Source of the DNA: Candidatus Krumholzibacteriia bacterium
Lineage (GTDB): Bacteria; Krumholzibacteriota; Krumholzibacteriia; WVZY01
Direction of reading: 5' to 3'
Assembly: GCA_046754105.1 (NCBI GenBank)
Contig: JBHHVD010000028.1
Coordinates: 1 to 34,697, forward strand
Length of the DNA: 34,697 bases
Made by a program: the position numbers and the translations under genes. The notes beneath the pieces were generated by a model. The model did not search any database. It saw nothing but the letters and a program-made list of their open reading frames with translations, and was not told the origin of the DNA. Positions 10,138 to 20,638 of this stretch are shown here, in pieces. Numbering within the stretch: the first letter of the stretch is position 1; the number at the start of each line of letters is the position of its first letter.

Positions 10138-10166
10138 TTGACACCGCACACTCGATCGCGTAGACT
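10138..10166 (+). promoter_or_regulatory. sigma70 promoter of the trp-aro operon
   Basis: TTGACA (10138-10143)-N17-TAGACT (10161-10166). Confidence 0.85.
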
Positions 10167-10180
10167 TGATACATATCAAG
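10165..10180. promoter_or_regulatory. Palindromic operator matching the FNR-family box
   Basis: CTTGATA-CA-TATCAAG is a perfect 7-2-7 inverted repeat containing TTGAT-N4-ATCAA, overlapping the -10 end and the predicted +1. Confidence 0.6.
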
Positions 10181-10202
10181 ATCGCAGTGCAAGAGGCGTA
10201 AC

Positions 10203-10316
10203 ATGAAAAACAACCTGTCAGAATCGATGGTTTATCCCCGCTCCAACTATTATTGGTGGTGGCACTCTGTGATATCCACCCCGGAGCGTGGGAATATGCC
10301 TTCTGGCAGCCGCTGA
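10203..10316 (+). CDS. trpL: Attenuator leader peptide, 37 aa: MKNNLSESMVYPRSNYYWWWHSVISTPERGNMPSGSR
   Basis: RBS AAGAGG, ATG 10203, control codons TAT TAT TGG TGG TGG (10248-10262), TGA 10314-10316; lies between the promoter and a terminator. Confidence 0.88.
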   Translation: MKNNLSESMVYPRSNYYWWWHSVISTPERGNMPSGSR

Positions 10317-10343
10317 GTAACAAGAGCACATCGCAGGTCTTCC

Positions 10344-10375
10344 ACCCACTTCCGGAAACAGGAGGTGGGTTTTTT
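10344..10375 (+). terminator. Attenuator terminator
   Basis: ACCCACTTCC-GGAAACA-GGAGGTGGGT stem followed by a T-tract; its 5' arm can alternatively pair with CCGGAGCGTGGG (10282-10293). Confidence 0.88.
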
Positions 10376-10408
10376 GTTTTGGGCCCAACGCACAGCAGGG
10401 AGTCGTCA

Positions 10409-11887
10409 ATGGTCACCCCATCGTTGCAGGATTTTTTGAGGACGGCGAAAGAGGGCAAGTACACGCCTCTGCGCCGCCGCATTCCGGCGGATCTGGAAAC
10501 CCCCGTTTCCGTTTTCCTGAAATTGAAGTCGGGCGGGGCCACGTTTCTCCTGGAAAGCGTGGAGAGGGGGATCCAGATGGGCCGCTACTCGTTTATCGGC
10601 ATCTCCCCCGTTGCAACTATCCAGTTGCGGGGCGGTACGATCGCGGTCGAAAGAGGCACCCAGCGGACCGAATTCGCCCTGGGCGATCGGGACCCCCTTT
10701 CCGTTCTCCGTGATGAGCTGGCCCGATCCCCCGTGTTGCTCTCGGACGACATTCCCCCGGGCCCCATAGGCGGTGCGGTGGGCTATCTCTCCTACGACCT
10801 GGCCCGCTACTTCGAGTCGCTCCCCGAACCGGAACGCAACCCTCTTGGACTGCCCGACTATTCGTTCCTCGTGCCGTCCGCCGTCGTCATCTTCGACCAC
10901 GTCAAGAGCGAGATCGAAATCGTGTCCCTGCCGGAGGGGGATGACGCCGAGGCGGCCTTCGGGGCGGCCAGCGATCGTCTGCACGGTATCTACCAGGCAC
11001 TCATGTCGCCGCTGGAGATTTCCAACGGCGCCGCCCCACCGTCCGGGCCCCGGGAGACGGAGGCTTCCAACGTAACCGAAGATCATTTCAAGGACATCGT
11101 CGCGGGCGCAAAGGAATACATCCTCTCCGGGGACGCCTTTCAGATCGTCCTCTCCCAGCGGCTGCAAGGAAAGACAACTACGACGCCTTTCCAGATCTAC
11201 CGGGCACTGCGCATCCTCAATCCATCACCCTACATGTTCTTCGTCGATTTCGGCGAATTTCAACTGATCGGCTCGTCGCCCGAGGTCCTGGTCAAGCTCG
11301 ACAAGCGCGCCGCCACGCTGTGCCCGATCGCCGGCACGCGGCCCCGGGGAGCGAGCGCCGCCGAGGACGACGCGCTCGAGGAGGAGCTCGTCACGAACGA
11401 GAAGGAACGAGCCGAGCACGTCATGCTGGTCGACCTCGGCCGCAACGATCTCGGCCGCGTCTGTGAGATGGGAAGTGTCGCGACGGAGGCGTTGATGCAC
11501 GTGGAAAAGTATTCGCACGTCATGCACCTCGTCTCACGCATCACCGGCACGCTCAAACCCGGTCTCGACGGCTTTGACCTGGTGCGGGCGTCGTTCCCCG
11601 CCGGCACCCTGACGGGCGCTCCGAAGATCCGCGCGATGGAAATTATCAGCGAGCTGGAGGGAGAGAAACGAGGACCGTACGGAGGCGCCGTTGGATATTT
11701 CAGCCCGCAGGGCGACGTCGACCTGTGCATTACGATTCGCACCATCGTCATGGCGGGGGATCGCTATTACGTGCAGGGCGGCGCGGGCATCGTCGCCGAT
11801 TCGGACCCCGGCGCCGAGTATCAGGAGACGTTGAACAAGGTCCAGGCTCTCCGCAAGGCGGTTCTGGTGGCCGAGAAAGGACTATAG
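10409..11887 (+). CDS. trpE: Anthranilate synthase component I
   Basis: [56 protein letters not shown]; start at ATG 10409 after GGGAG. Confidence 0.95.
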   Translation: MVTPSLQDFLRTAKEGKYTPLRRRIPADLETPVSVFLKLKSGGATFLLESVERGIQMGRYSFIGISPVATIQLRGGTIAVERGTQRTEFALGDRDPLSVLRDELARSPVLLSDDIPPGPIGGAVGYLSYDLARYFESLPEPERNPLGLPDYSFLVPSAVVIFDHVKSEIEIVSLPEGDDAEAAFGAASDRLHGIYQALMSPLEISNGAAPPSGPRETEASNVTEDHFKDIVAGAKEYILSGDAFQIVLSQRLQGKTTTTPFQIYRALRILNPSPYMFFVDFGEFQLIGSSPEVLVKLDKRAATLCPIAGTRPRGASAAEDDALEEELVTNEKERAEHVMLVDLGRNDLGRVCEMGSVATEALMHVEKYSHVMHLVSRITGTLKPGLDGFDLVRASFPAGTLTGAPKIRAMEIISELEGEKRGPYGGAVGYFSPQGDVDLCITIRTIVMAGDRYYVQGGAGIVADSDPGAEYQETLNKVQALRKAVLVAEKGL

Positions 11888-11889
11888 CC

Positions 11890-12471
11890 GTGCACCTCTT
11901 GATCGATAACTACGACTCGTTTACGTACAACATCGCACAGGCGCTCGGAGAGTTGGGCGAAGAAGTCAGCGTGGTTCGCCACGACGCCATAAGCCTCGGG
12001 CAGGCGCAATCGCTAGGCCCCAGCACCATCATTATCTCGCCCGGTCCGGGCCGGCCGGAGGATGCGGGCATATCGGTGGAGCTCGTCCGCCGGTTCCACG
12101 AAACCACGCCCATCCTGGGGGTTTGCCTCGGGCACCAGTGCATCGTCGCCGCCTTCGGCGGCTCGATCGACCGGGCCGACCGCGTCATGCACGGCAAGGT
12201 ATCGGACATCTACCACGACAACCGCACGATCTACGAGGGACTGTCCAATCCCTTCCCCGCGACCCGGTATCATTCGTTAATCGCGCGGGAGCAAGAGTTG
12301 CCGGATGTTCTCGACGTGTCCGCCTACACGTCTGACGGTGAAATCATGGGCGTGCGGCTCAAGGGGCGCCCGGTCGAGGGCGTGCAGTTCCACCCCGAGT
12401 CGATCCTGACTCCGGAGGGGAGCAGGTTGCTCGCGAACTTTCTGCAGACATCGGTGTCGGCTTCCGGCTGA
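11890..12471 (+). CDS. trpG: Anthranilate synthase component II (glutamine amidotransferase)
   Basis: IDNYDSF, SPGPG, GVCLGHQ, RYHSL, QFHPES; GTG start 11890. Confidence 0.95.
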   Translation: MHLLIDNYDSFTYNIAQALGELGEEVSVVRHDAISLGQAQSLGPSTIIISPGPGRPEDAGISVELVRRFHETTPILGVCLGHQCIVAAFGGSIDRADRVMHGKVSDIYHDNRTIYEGLSNPFPATRYHSLIAREQELPDVLDVSAYTSDGEIMGVRLKGRPVEGVQFHPESILTPEGSRLLANFLQTSVSASG

Positions 12472-12491
12472 CGTCACCAAAGGACCGAGCC

Positions 12492-13541
12492 ATGGATACC
12501 CAGGCAGTTTTGAACGGGCTGATCGAAAAGAAGGACCTCGATCGAGGCGAGGCCGAGGCGCTCATGGGATCGATCATGTCCGGCGAGTTGAGCGCCGTGC
12601 GCGCCGCCGCCATCCTCACCGCGCTGCGCATGAAGGGCGAAACCATCGACGAAATCACCGGCTTCGTCTCGGCGATGAGAGAAAAGGTCATCCCCGTGTC
12701 GCCGCAAAGAGAGGGGCTGATCGACACGTGCGGTACCGGCGGAGACAGCCGCCACACGTTCAATATCTCGACTGCAACAGCGTTCGTAGCGGCAGGCATG
12801 GGCATCGGCGTGGCCAAGCACGGCAATCGCGCCGTGTCCTCGAGGTGTGGGAGCACCGATGTACTCGACGCGCTCGAGGTCAATCTCGATCTCGGCCCGG
12901 ATGCGGTTGCGGTGTTGATAGACCGCGTGGGCCTTGGGTTTCTGTTCGCGCCGCATCATCATCCCGCCATGAAACACATCGCGCCGGTGCGGCGCGAGCT
13001 GGGCACACGAACCGTGTTCAACCTCCTGGGACCCATGACCAATCCGGCGGGCGTGAAACGCCAGCTCATCGGCGTCTTTCGCCGCGACCTGACCGAGGTC
13101 GTCGCTCGCGTATTGCAGGCGCTCGGTTCGGAAAAGGTGTTCGTCGTCCACGGGCTCGACGGCACGGATGAGGTTTCGCTTTCGGGCGAGACGGCGGTCA
13201 GCCTGCTGGAGGACGGAAGCGTCAAGACGATGACCTTCGTACCCGAGGATGCGGGTGTCGAGCGCGCGGACATTTCGGCTCTCGGCGGTGGAGACGCCGG
13301 CGAGAATGCCGCACACTTAGTGGAGGTCCTGCGCGGCACAAAAGGCCCGCGGCGGGACGCGGTGGTCTTGAACGCCGCCTTCGCGGCGGTCGTCGCGGAC
13401 AAGGCTCCGAACCTTGCCGAAGGTGCCGGGCTCGCCCGCGACACGATCGACTCCGGCGCAGCCCTGGACCGGCTGGAGGCGCTCCGGCGCGAATCGCACG
13501 CGCTCGCAAACGGCGGCCCAACCCGGGGGAGTTCGGGATGA
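12492..13541 (+). CDS. trpD: Anthranilate phosphoribosyltransferase
   Basis: DTCGTGGD, FNIST, KHGNR, RTVFNLLGP, GTDE. Confidence 0.97.
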   Translation: MDTQAVLNGLIEKKDLDRGEAEALMGSIMSGELSAVRAAAILTALRMKGETIDEITGFVSAMREKVIPVSPQREGLIDTCGTGGDSRHTFNISTATAFVAAGMGIGVAKHGNRAVSSRCGSTDVLDALEVNLDLGPDAVAVLIDRVGLGFLFAPHHHPAMKHIAPVRRELGTRTVFNLLGPMTNPAGVKRQLIGVFRRDLTEVVARVLQALGSEKVFVVHGLDGTDEVSLSGETAVSLLEDGSVKTMTFVPEDAGVERADISALGGGDAGENAAHLVEVLRGTKGPRRDAVVLNAAFAAVVADKAPNLAEGAGLARDTIDSGAALDRLEALRRESHALANGGPTRGSSG

Positions 13542-14305
13542 ATTTCCTCGAACGGGTCATAAAGCAGAAGGAAATCGAGATCGCCCGCAAGAGATCCGAG
13601 GTGCCGGCCGCGGAACTCGAGCGACTGGCCGAAGCGCTGCCGCCGCGGGATTTCGAGGGAGCGCTCGCCGGAGAGCGGCGCATCATCGCCGAGTTGAAGA
13701 AGCGCTCTCCCCGGGTCGCTTCGTTCCGGCAGGCCGGGGCGCTCGAAGCGCTGGCGACGCAATACGAAGCGAACGGCGCGGCCGCGGTCTCGGTGGTGAC
13801 CGACGAGGCGAATTTCGGCACTTCGCTTGCCGACGCCCGCCGCGTCCGCGACCTCATCGGGCTGCCGGTCCTGGTGAAGGATTTTTTTGTCGATCCGTAC
13901 CAGATTCTCGAGGCGCGGTCCGCAGGCGCGGACGCCGTGTTGTTGATCAGTCGCATCCTGCCGGTGGACGTGCTCTCTTCGCTGATCGAACGGACGCGCT
14001 CGCTCGGGATCGCCGCGCTGGTCGAGGTCCATTCGAGAGAGGACGTCGGCAGGGCGCTCGAAGCCGGCGCCCCGATCTTCGGTATCAACAACCGCAATCT
14101 GGGCTCGCTCGAGGTGTCGCTCGATACGACGCGGGACCTCATCGGCCTCGTCCCCGGGGACGCACTCGTCGTATCCGAGAGCGGTATCAGCTGCCGCGAA
14201 CAAATCGAGGCACTATCCGCGCTCGGCGTGGGGGCGTTCCTCATCGGCGGTGCTTTGTTGAACTCAACGGACCCGGGACGGCTCCTGGCCACGCTCGTGG
14301 GATGA
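13538..14305 (+). CDS. trpC: Indole-3-glycerol phosphate synthase
   Basis: IAELKKRSP, KDFFVDPYQ, GADAVLLI, LVEVH, GINNRNL, SESGI. Confidence 0.95.
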   Translation: MNFLERVIKQKEIEIARKRSEVPAAELERLAEALPPRDFEGALAGERRIIAELKKRSPRVASFRQAGALEALATQYEANGAAAVSVVTDEANFGTSLADARRVRDLIGLPVLVKDFFVDPYQILEARSAGADAVLLISRILPVDVLSSLIERTRSLGIAALVEVHSREDVGRALEAGAPIFGINNRNLGSLEVSLDTTRDLIGLVPGDALVVSESGISCREQIEALSALGVGAFLIGGALLNSTDPGRLLATLVG

Positions 14306-14345
14306 CACCCGGGCGACGACCCGGACCCGAAGGAGAGGCAACGAC

Positions 14346-14987
14346 ATGCTGGGCACACGAATAAAGGTTTGCGGCATCACGTCTCCCGCAGACGCGAAGC
14401 TGTGCATGACGCACGGAGCGGACTACCTCGGGCTCATCTTTGCAGAGAGCCCGCGCCGCGTCACCGTCGAGGCCGCCAGGCCTATTCGTGATGCGGTCCT
14501 CAACGCCATCCTGGTCGGCGTCTTCGCCGATATGCCGGTCGACGAGGTGGCGCGAATCGCGCGGGCGTGCGGCCTCGACATGATCCAGTTGCACGGGAAC
14601 GAATCGCCGCTTTACTGCAACGCCCTGCACGGGCAACTGTCCCTGCCCGTCATCAAGGCGGTCCGCGCCAGCCAGATAGGGAGCGGCAACGACCTCAAGC
14701 AGTACAAGCGAACGAGCTATTTCCTCTTCGATCTCGACAAGGGAGCGGCGGCGCAACGGCACAATGGCCCGCGCGACGTGCGCGAGGACTTGTGGCGGCG
14801 CGCCGCGGCCATGCGACGCCGGGGCTACCGGATATTTCTGGCCGGCGGCCTGGATGTGACCAACGTTCGAGAGGCCGTCGCGAACGTGGAGCCGTACGGT
14901 ATCGACGTGGCGCGCGGGGTCGAAAAATCACCGGGCGTCAAGGACCCGCAGACCTTGCGCCGGTTTATCAAGGCGGTGAAACCGTGA
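14346..14987 (+). CDS. trpF: Phosphoribosylanthranilate isomerase
   Basis: [31 protein letters not shown]. Confidence 0.95.
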   Translation: MLGTRIKVCGITSPADAKLCMTHGADYLGLIFAESPRRVTVEAARPIRDAVLNAILVGVFADMPVDEVARIARACGLDMIQLHGNESPLYCNALHGQLSLPVIKAVRASQIGSGNDLKQYKRTSYFLFDLDKGAAAQRHNGPRDVREDLWRRAAAMRRRGYRIFLAGGLDVTNVREAVANVEPYGIDVARGVEKSPGVKDPQTLRRFIKAVKP

Positions 14988-16156
14988 CCCGCGGGCGCTT
15001 TGGAGAATTCGGCGGCCAGTACGTGCCGGAGACGCTGATGCCGTGCCTGATCGAGCTCGAAGACGCATACCGTCGCGCCCGCGAGGATTCCGGATTCCGG
15101 TCCGGGCTGCAAGGCCTTCTCGCCGACTATTCGGGTCGTCCGACGCCGCTCTACAGGGCGAAACGGTTGGGAGAGGCCTACGGAGCCTCACGCGTCTATC
15201 TCAAACGTGAGGATCTCAACCACACCGGAGCGCACAAGATCAACAACTGCCTCGGCCAGGCGCTTCTCGCCCAACGCATGGGCAAGAAGCGGATCGTGGC
15301 CGAGACCGGTGCCGGCCAACACGGCGTGGCGACCGCGACCGTAGCCGCGTTGTTCGACATGACGTGCACGGTCTACATGGGCGAAGTGGACATGGAACGG
15401 CAGCAGCCGAACGTCGTTCGCATGCGCCTGCTCGGGGCGGAGGTCGTGGCGGTGGCCACGGGGAGCCGTACGTTGAAGGACGCCACCAACGAAGCGATCC
15501 GTGACTGGGTCACGCGCGTCGACACCACGCACTACATCATCGGCTCGACCGTCGGACCGCATCCCTACCCGGAGATCGTGCGCGATTTCCAGTCGATCAT
15601 CGGCGATGAGACCGCGCAGCAGGTGCTGCAGGCCGAAGGCCGTGCCCCGGATAGCCTGATCGCCTGCGTGGGCGGCGGCTCGAACGCGATCGGTCTCTTC
15701 CACCGTTTCGTCGGCGATCCCAAGGTAAAGATGTTCGGCGTGGAAGCTGGAGGGTCGAGTGCGGGCCACGCCGCCGCGCTGTGCTTGGGAACGCCGGGCG
15801 TGCTCCACGGTTCGTACAGCTACCTCCTCCAGGACGACGAGGGCCAGGTCCAGGTGGCGCACTCCGTCTCGGCGGGCCTCGATTACCCCGGCGTGGGGCC
15901 CGAGCACAGTTACCTGAAGGAAACCGGGAGGGTCACCTACACGCGGGTGAGCGACGCGCAAGCTCTAGAGGCGTTCCGGGATCTCTCGCGCCGCGAGGGG
16001 ATCATTCCCGCCCTGGAATCCGCTCACGCCATCGCGTTTGTGAAGAAATATGTACAGGACCCCGGACATAAGGACGAAATTATCGTCATCAACTTGTCGG
16101 GCCGCGGCGATAAGGACGTCGACAGCGTAGAAAAGGCGTTGCATGAAACTCCGTGA
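14984..16156 (+). CDS. trpB: Tryptophan synthase beta chain
   Basis: [55 protein letters not shown] start overlaps the trpF stop (GTGA). Confidence 0.97.
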   Translation: MTRGRFGEFGGQYVPETLMPCLIELEDAYRRAREDSGFRSGLQGLLADYSGRPTPLYRAKRLGEAYGASRVYLKREDLNHTGAHKINNCLGQALLAQRMGKKRIVAETGAGQHGVATATVAALFDMTCTVYMGEVDMERQQPNVVRMRLLGAEVVAVATGSRTLKDATNEAIRDWVTRVDTTHYIIGSTVGPHPYPEIVRDFQSIIGDETAQQVLQAEGRAPDSLIACVGGGSNAIGLFHRFVGDPKVKMFGVEAGGSSAGHAAALCLGTPGVLHGSYSYLLQDDEGQVQVAHSVSAGLDYPGVGPEHSYLKETGRVTYTRVSDAQALEAFRDLSRREGIIPALESAHAIAFVKKYVQDPGHKDEIIVINLSGRGDKDVDSVEKALHETP

Positions 16157-16940
16157 GGTCACAACCACGTTGAAGAAGGGGCGGGAAAAGGCGCTGGTGG
16201 CCTTTCTCACCGCCGGCTACCCGGACCAGACGACGTTCGCCGAACTGGTCCGTGCCGCCGCCGGTGCGGGCTGCGACGTGATAGAGATCGGGATCCCGTT
16301 CTCCGACCCGATCGCGGACGGCCCCCTCATTCAACAGTCGTCGCAACAGGCCCTGGACGCCGGCATGTCGCTCGGGAAGAGCCTGGACATCGTGGCCGCA
16401 CTCTCCGCGCAAATCGATACGCCGCTCGTCGTCATGAGCTACTACAATCCGATTCTGCAAATGGGAAACGAGCGCTTCGCCGTTCGCGCGGCGGAGGCGG
16501 GCATCAGCGGCGTTATCATTCCGGACATGCCCGTAGAGGAGTCCGGTACCGTTCGAGGTATCTTTTCGCAAAACGACGTGGTTTACCTGGATCTCATCGC
16601 CCCGACCTCTAGTGATGACCGCATCGGCCGTATTGTCGAGCGCGCGGACGGTTTTCTCTACCTCGTATCGGTGACCGGGGTAACGGGCGTGCGTTCGCCC
16701 GCCGCCGAAGATCTCAAACGATTCACGAACAGGGTGCGCGCCCGGACCGGCCTTCCGCTTTACGTCGGCTTCGGCATTTCCGATGCGGAGAAAGCCCGGA
16801 CGGCGGCACGAACCGCCGACGGCGTGATCATCGGCAGCGCCCTCGTACGCCTGATTCACTCCGCCGCTTCCGGCGAGGAGGCGGTATCGTCTGTCCGCGC
16901 TTTCTTGACCGATGTCAAGAAAGCGTTGTCCGCTCGATGA
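16143..16940 (+). CDS. trpA: Tryptophan synthase alpha chain
   Basis: [39 protein letters not shown]. Confidence 0.97.
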   Translation: MKLREVTTTLKKGREKALVAFLTAGYPDQTTFAELVRAAAGAGCDVIEIGIPFSDPIADGPLIQQSSQQALDAGMSLGKSLDIVAALSAQIDTPLVVMSYYNPILQMGNERFAVRAAEAGISGVIIPDMPVEESGTVRGIFSQNDVVYLDLIAPTSSDDRIGRIVERADGFLYLVSVTGVTGVRSPAAEDLKRFTNRVRARTGLPLYVGFGISDAEKARTAARTADGVIIGSALVRLIHSAASGEEAVSSVRAFLTDVKKALSAR

Positions 16941-17046
16941 CGCCATCGAGTAACCAGGAGGTGCACGGCAATCATGCCGATCGGAGTTCACGCGCGGTCC
17001 ACCGCCCAGCCGTCGATCTTCGTTGAAAACGATGAGGAGGACGGTT

Positions 17047-17412
17047 ATGAGTATAATAACGACGGTACGCGGGGCGATCGTCGCCGAGGAAAACACGAGC
17101 GAGGCCATTCTGGCGGCCACGAGGGACCTGCTGGATGCGCTGATCGAATCGAACGGCCTCACCGAGGACAACATCGCCGCGATGTTCTTTACCTCGACCG
17201 TCGACCTGACGGCGGAGTTCCCCGCCCTGGCGCTGCGGAAAATGAACTGGTGGGACGTGCCCGCCCTGTGCGCCCAGGAGTTGGAGATCGACAACAGTAT
17301 GGAACGCGTCATTCGCGCCATGGTATTGGTTAACCGGCCCGAGCAGTTTACGCCCAAACACGAGTACATCGGCAAGGCGGCCGAGCTCCGCCCCGATCGA
17401 ACAGGAGATTGA
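17047..17412 (+). CDS. aroH: Chorismate mutase, AroH class
   Basis: [37 protein letters not shown] before ATG 17047. Confidence 0.93.
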   Translation: MSIITTVRGAIVAEENTSEAILAATRDLLDALIESNGLTEDNIAAMFFTSTVDLTAEFPALALRKMNWWDVPALCAQELEIDNSMERVIRAMVLVNRPEQFTPKHEYIGKAAELRPDRTGD

Positions 17413-17413
17413 C

Positions 17414-18439
17414 ATGTTACTGGTGGTGATGAAACAAGGCGCTTCGGTTTCCGAGATCGGCGCGGTCATCAAGACCATCGAGGCGATGGGACTCAAACCT
17501 CATCCGTCCCGTGGCCCGGAACAGACGATTATCGGCGCGGTGGGGAGCGACAAGGACGCCGACCTGTCCCCCGTGGAGGGAATGCCGGGTGTCGAACAGG
17601 TGGTGCCGATTACCAAGTCGTACAAACTGGTGAACAAGGATTTCAGACCGGAGCGCACGGTGGTCAAGGTCAACGGCGTGTCGATCGGGGGCGAGAGCTT
17701 TGTCGTCATGGCCGGTCCCTGTTCGGTCGAGTCACGGGATCAGATCCTGTCGTCGGCGCGGGCGGTCAAGGGTGCCGGCGGCCAGATTCTTCGCGGCGGG
17801 GCGTTCAAGCCGCGAACCTCTCCGTACAGTTTTCAGGGACTCGGCGAGGAGGGGCTCAAACTGCTCGCCGAAGCGCGCGAGGAAACCGGCCTGCCGATCG
17901 TGACCGAGGTCATTTCGCCCGAGCTGGTCGGGCTGGTGACGGAGTACGCGGATATCCTCCAGGTCGGCGCCCGCAACATGCAAAACTACGCGCTGCTCGA
18001 GGCCGTCGGCAAGGTTCGCAAACCCGTCCTGCTCAAGCGCGGCTTGATGTCGACGATCGAAGAGCTCCTGCTCGCCGCCGAATACATTCTCTCCAACGGC
18101 AACAGCCAGGTCATGCTCTGCGAGCGCGGCATCCGGTCATTCGACAAGGCGACCCGCAACATCCTCGACATTTCGGCGGTTCCGGTGCTCAAGCACAGCA
18201 GCCACCTGCCGGTAATCGTCGATCCCAGCCACGGCACCGGGCACCGCGAGTACGTCCCCGCCGTAGCCCGCGCAGCGATTGCCGCCGGTGCGGACGGCAT
18301 CATCGTGGAGATGCATCCCTCGCCGGAGAACGCGCTCAGCGACGGTGTGCAGAGCCTTACCTTCGACGAGTTCACGGCAATGATGGCGGGAATGCGGCCG
18401 ATCGCCCTCGCCGTCGGACGAAACATGCCTTCGACGTAG
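17414..18439 (+). CDS. aroF: DAHP synthase type I-beta with N-terminal regulatory domain
   Basis: [42 protein letters not shown]. Confidence 0.96.
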   Translation: MLLVVMKQGASVSEIGAVIKTIEAMGLKPHPSRGPEQTIIGAVGSDKDADLSPVEGMPGVEQVVPITKSYKLVNKDFRPERTVVKVNGVSIGGESFVVMAGPCSVESRDQILSSARAVKGAGGQILRGGAFKPRTSPYSFQGLGEEGLKLLAEAREETGLPIVTEVISPELVGLVTEYADILQVGARNMQNYALLEAVGKVRKPVLLKRGLMSTIEELLLAAEYILSNGNSQVMLCERGIRSFDKATRNILDISAVPVLKHSSHLPVIVDPSHGTGHREYVPAVARAAIAAGADGIIVEMHPSPENALSDGVQSLTFDEFTAMMAGMRPIALAVGRNMPST

Positions 18440-18462
18440 GCCGCGGGCCGCGTGGAATCCGT

Positions 18463-19344
18463 ATGGTATCGACACCCGGAAGAATCGCTGTTATCGGTCT
18501 GGGGCAGATCGGCGGATCGCTGGCGGCCGCGCTGCGCGCGTACCGGGACGCCGGCTGCGCCGGAGACCTCGTTGTCACCGGCTGCGACCGCGACCCCGGC
18601 CTGACTGCGGAGGCCCTGGGACGAGGAATTATCGACAGCGGCGGCGGCAACCTGGCGGCCTGCGCGCGGGACGCCGGCGTCGTCGTGCTCGCCGTGCCCG
18701 TGCGCGAGAGCATCCGCCTCATTCCCGGCATCGCGAGCGCCATGCCCGCCGGTGCGCTGCTGCTCGACACGGGCAGTACCAAGCAGGCGGTCGTAGAGGC
18801 CATGAACCGCAGCGGGTGCGATATCCGCTTCTTCGGCGGCCACCCCATTGCGGGCACCGAAAAATCCGGGCCCGAGAGCTGGGACCCGCGCCTCTTCACC
18901 GGCAGGACCTTCGTGGTCACGCGCACCGCCCGCAGCGATGGCGCATCGGCAGAGATCGTCGAGTGGCTGCTGGCCGCCGTCGGGGCCGATGTCTATTATA
19001 TGGAGGCCGCAGCACACGACAGGGCCCTGGCCGTGACCAGTCACTTGCCCCTGCTCGTGGCAGGCGGCCTGGTCGCCTCGGCGGGCCACCCTATCCCGGG
19101 TGTCGAACACCCCGGCAAGCTCGCCGGCGGGTCCTTTTCATCCGCCACACGGGTGACCGGCAAACCACCGGCGATGATCGCCGACGTCCTCACGACCAAC
19201 CGCGACCAGCTGCGTCTGGCGTACGAGGCGTTTGACCGCGAGGTGCGGGAGCTGCTCGCGATCGCGGACCCGGCACAGCTCGCGTCGAGGCTCTCGGCCC
19301 TCGGGGAAGCGCGCCGGCGGATTGTCACGGGCGGTCGGCCATGA
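18463..19344 (+). CDS. tyrA: Prephenate/arogenate dehydrogenase
   Basis: GLGQIGGS, DTGSTK, GGHPIAGTE, HD..LA.TSHLP. Confidence 0.92.
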   Translation: MVSTPGRIAVIGLGQIGGSLAAALRAYRDAGCAGDLVVTGCDRDPGLTAEALGRGIIDSGGGNLAACARDAGVVVLAVPVRESIRLIPGIASAMPAGALLLDTGSTKQAVVEAMNRSGCDIRFFGGHPIAGTEKSGPESWDPRLFTGRTFVVTRTARSDGASAEIVEWLLAAVGADVYYMEAAAHDRALAVTSHLPLLVAGGLVASAGHPIPGVEHPGKLAGGSFSSATRVTGKPPAMIADVLTTNRDQLRLAYEAFDREVRELLAIADPAQLASRLSALGEARRRIVTGGRP

Positions 19345-20606
19345 TCCTGCAACAGGCGGACAAGGTTCGCGGCACGGTACGCGTGCCGGGCGACAAGTCG
19401 ATCGCGCACCGGGCGCTGATCCTGGGCGCCATGGCCAGGGGCAAACAGGTGATCGAGGGGGTTCCACGCGCCGCGGACGTAGATAGTACGATTTCCTGCC
19501 TGCGATCGCTGGGCGCGTTCATCGAGGAGATGCCCGACGGCCGCGTGCTCAACCTCTCTACCCGTTTCACATCGGGCAAGGTACTGGACGCGGGAAACTC
19601 CGGCACCACGGCACGGCTCATGTCGGGGCTGATCGCGGGACACCCGCTGTACGCTACGATCGACGGCGACGCCTCGCTGCGGCGACGGCCGATGACGCGC
19701 GTCGCCTCGCCGCTGACCGAAATGGGGGCCGAGGTTTCGACCGCCGAGGGGGGCAGGCTCCCCATGACCATCCGCGGCGGCAACCTGGCTGGAATGACCT
19801 ACCGGCTGCCGGTGCCGAGCGCCCAGGTAAAAACGGCCGTCCTGATCGCCGGGCTCCTCGCCGACGGCGAGACGACCGTGGAGGAAGGTATCGCCACGCG
19901 GGATCATACCGAGCGCATGCTGCGCGCGATGTCGGCGTCGATCCGCACGGCGGACGGGTGCATCACCGTAGAGGGCGGAAAGCCACTGAAGGCCGCGCAC
20001 GTAAAAGTGCCGGCGGATATTTCCTCGGCGGCGTTTTTTGTCGTGGCCGCCACCTGCCTGCCGTCTTCCGAGGTGTACCTGCCCACGACCGGAGTCAACC
20101 CGACACGCACCGGATTGCTGGACGTACTGCAGGAGATGGGCGCGAGTATCGACCGGGCCGGGGGCGAATCGTACCTCGAAGAGCCCGTCGCCGATCTCAT
20201 CGTCAAATCGAGCCTGCTCCGTGGTGTTACCGTCGACCCGGGGTTCCTGCCCCGCCTCATCGACGAGCTTCCGGTGCTCGCCGTCGCCGCCACCCAGGCG
20301 GAAGGCGAGACCGTCGTGACCGGCGCGGAGGAGCTGCGGTACAAGGAGTCGGACCGGATCACGGCTGTCGTGGATAATCTCTCGCTGCTCGGGGCGGATA
20401 TCGAGGAGCGCGATGACGGTTTCGTCGTCCGCGGGCCGACCAGGCTACGGGCAAACAAGGTGTCGTCATACGGCGATCATCGCATCGCGATGGCGATGAC
20501 CGTCGCCGGGCTACTGGCCGAGGGCAGGACCGAGATCACGGGCAGCGAGGTCATCGACGTATCGTACCCCTCCTTTTTCAATGACCTCAGGTCGCTGCTT
20601 CGATAG
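19341..20606 (+). CDS. aroA: EPSP synthase
   Basis: PGDKSIAHR, GNSGTTAR, SAQVK, RDHTERM, ELRYKESDRI, GDHRIAM. Confidence 0.97.
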   Translation: MILQQADKVRGTVRVPGDKSIAHRALILGAMARGKQVIEGVPRAADVDSTISCLRSLGAFIEEMPDGRVLNLSTRFTSGKVLDAGNSGTTARLMSGLIAGHPLYATIDGDASLRRRPMTRVASPLTEMGAEVSTAEGGRLPMTIRGGNLAGMTYRLPVPSAQVKTAVLIAGLLADGETTVEEGIATRDHTERMLRAMSASIRTADGCITVEGGKPLKAAHVKVPADISSAAFFVVAATCLPSSEVYLPTTGVNPTRTGLLDVLQEMGASIDRAGGESYLEEPVADLIVKSSLLRGVTVDPGFLPRLIDELPVLAVAATQAEGETVVTGAEELRYKESDRITAVVDNLSLLGADIEERDDGFVVRGPTRLRANKVSSYGDHRIAMAMTVAGLLAEGRTEITGSEVIDVSYPSFFNDLRSLLR

Positions 20607-20638
20607 GATACGCCCGGCGCCAAGGATCGGATAGAATC

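Noticed and set aside
10253..10408. 52-aa N-terminal extension of TrpE in the ORF track
   Set aside because: It runs through the leader peptide and attenuator; ATG 10409 has an RBS and gives a normal TrpE length.
16956..17333. AGGAGG and 119-aa ORF 16974..17333 between trpA and aroH
   Set aside because: It overlaps aroH out of frame, the SD spacing is long (12 nt) and the product has no recognisable features.
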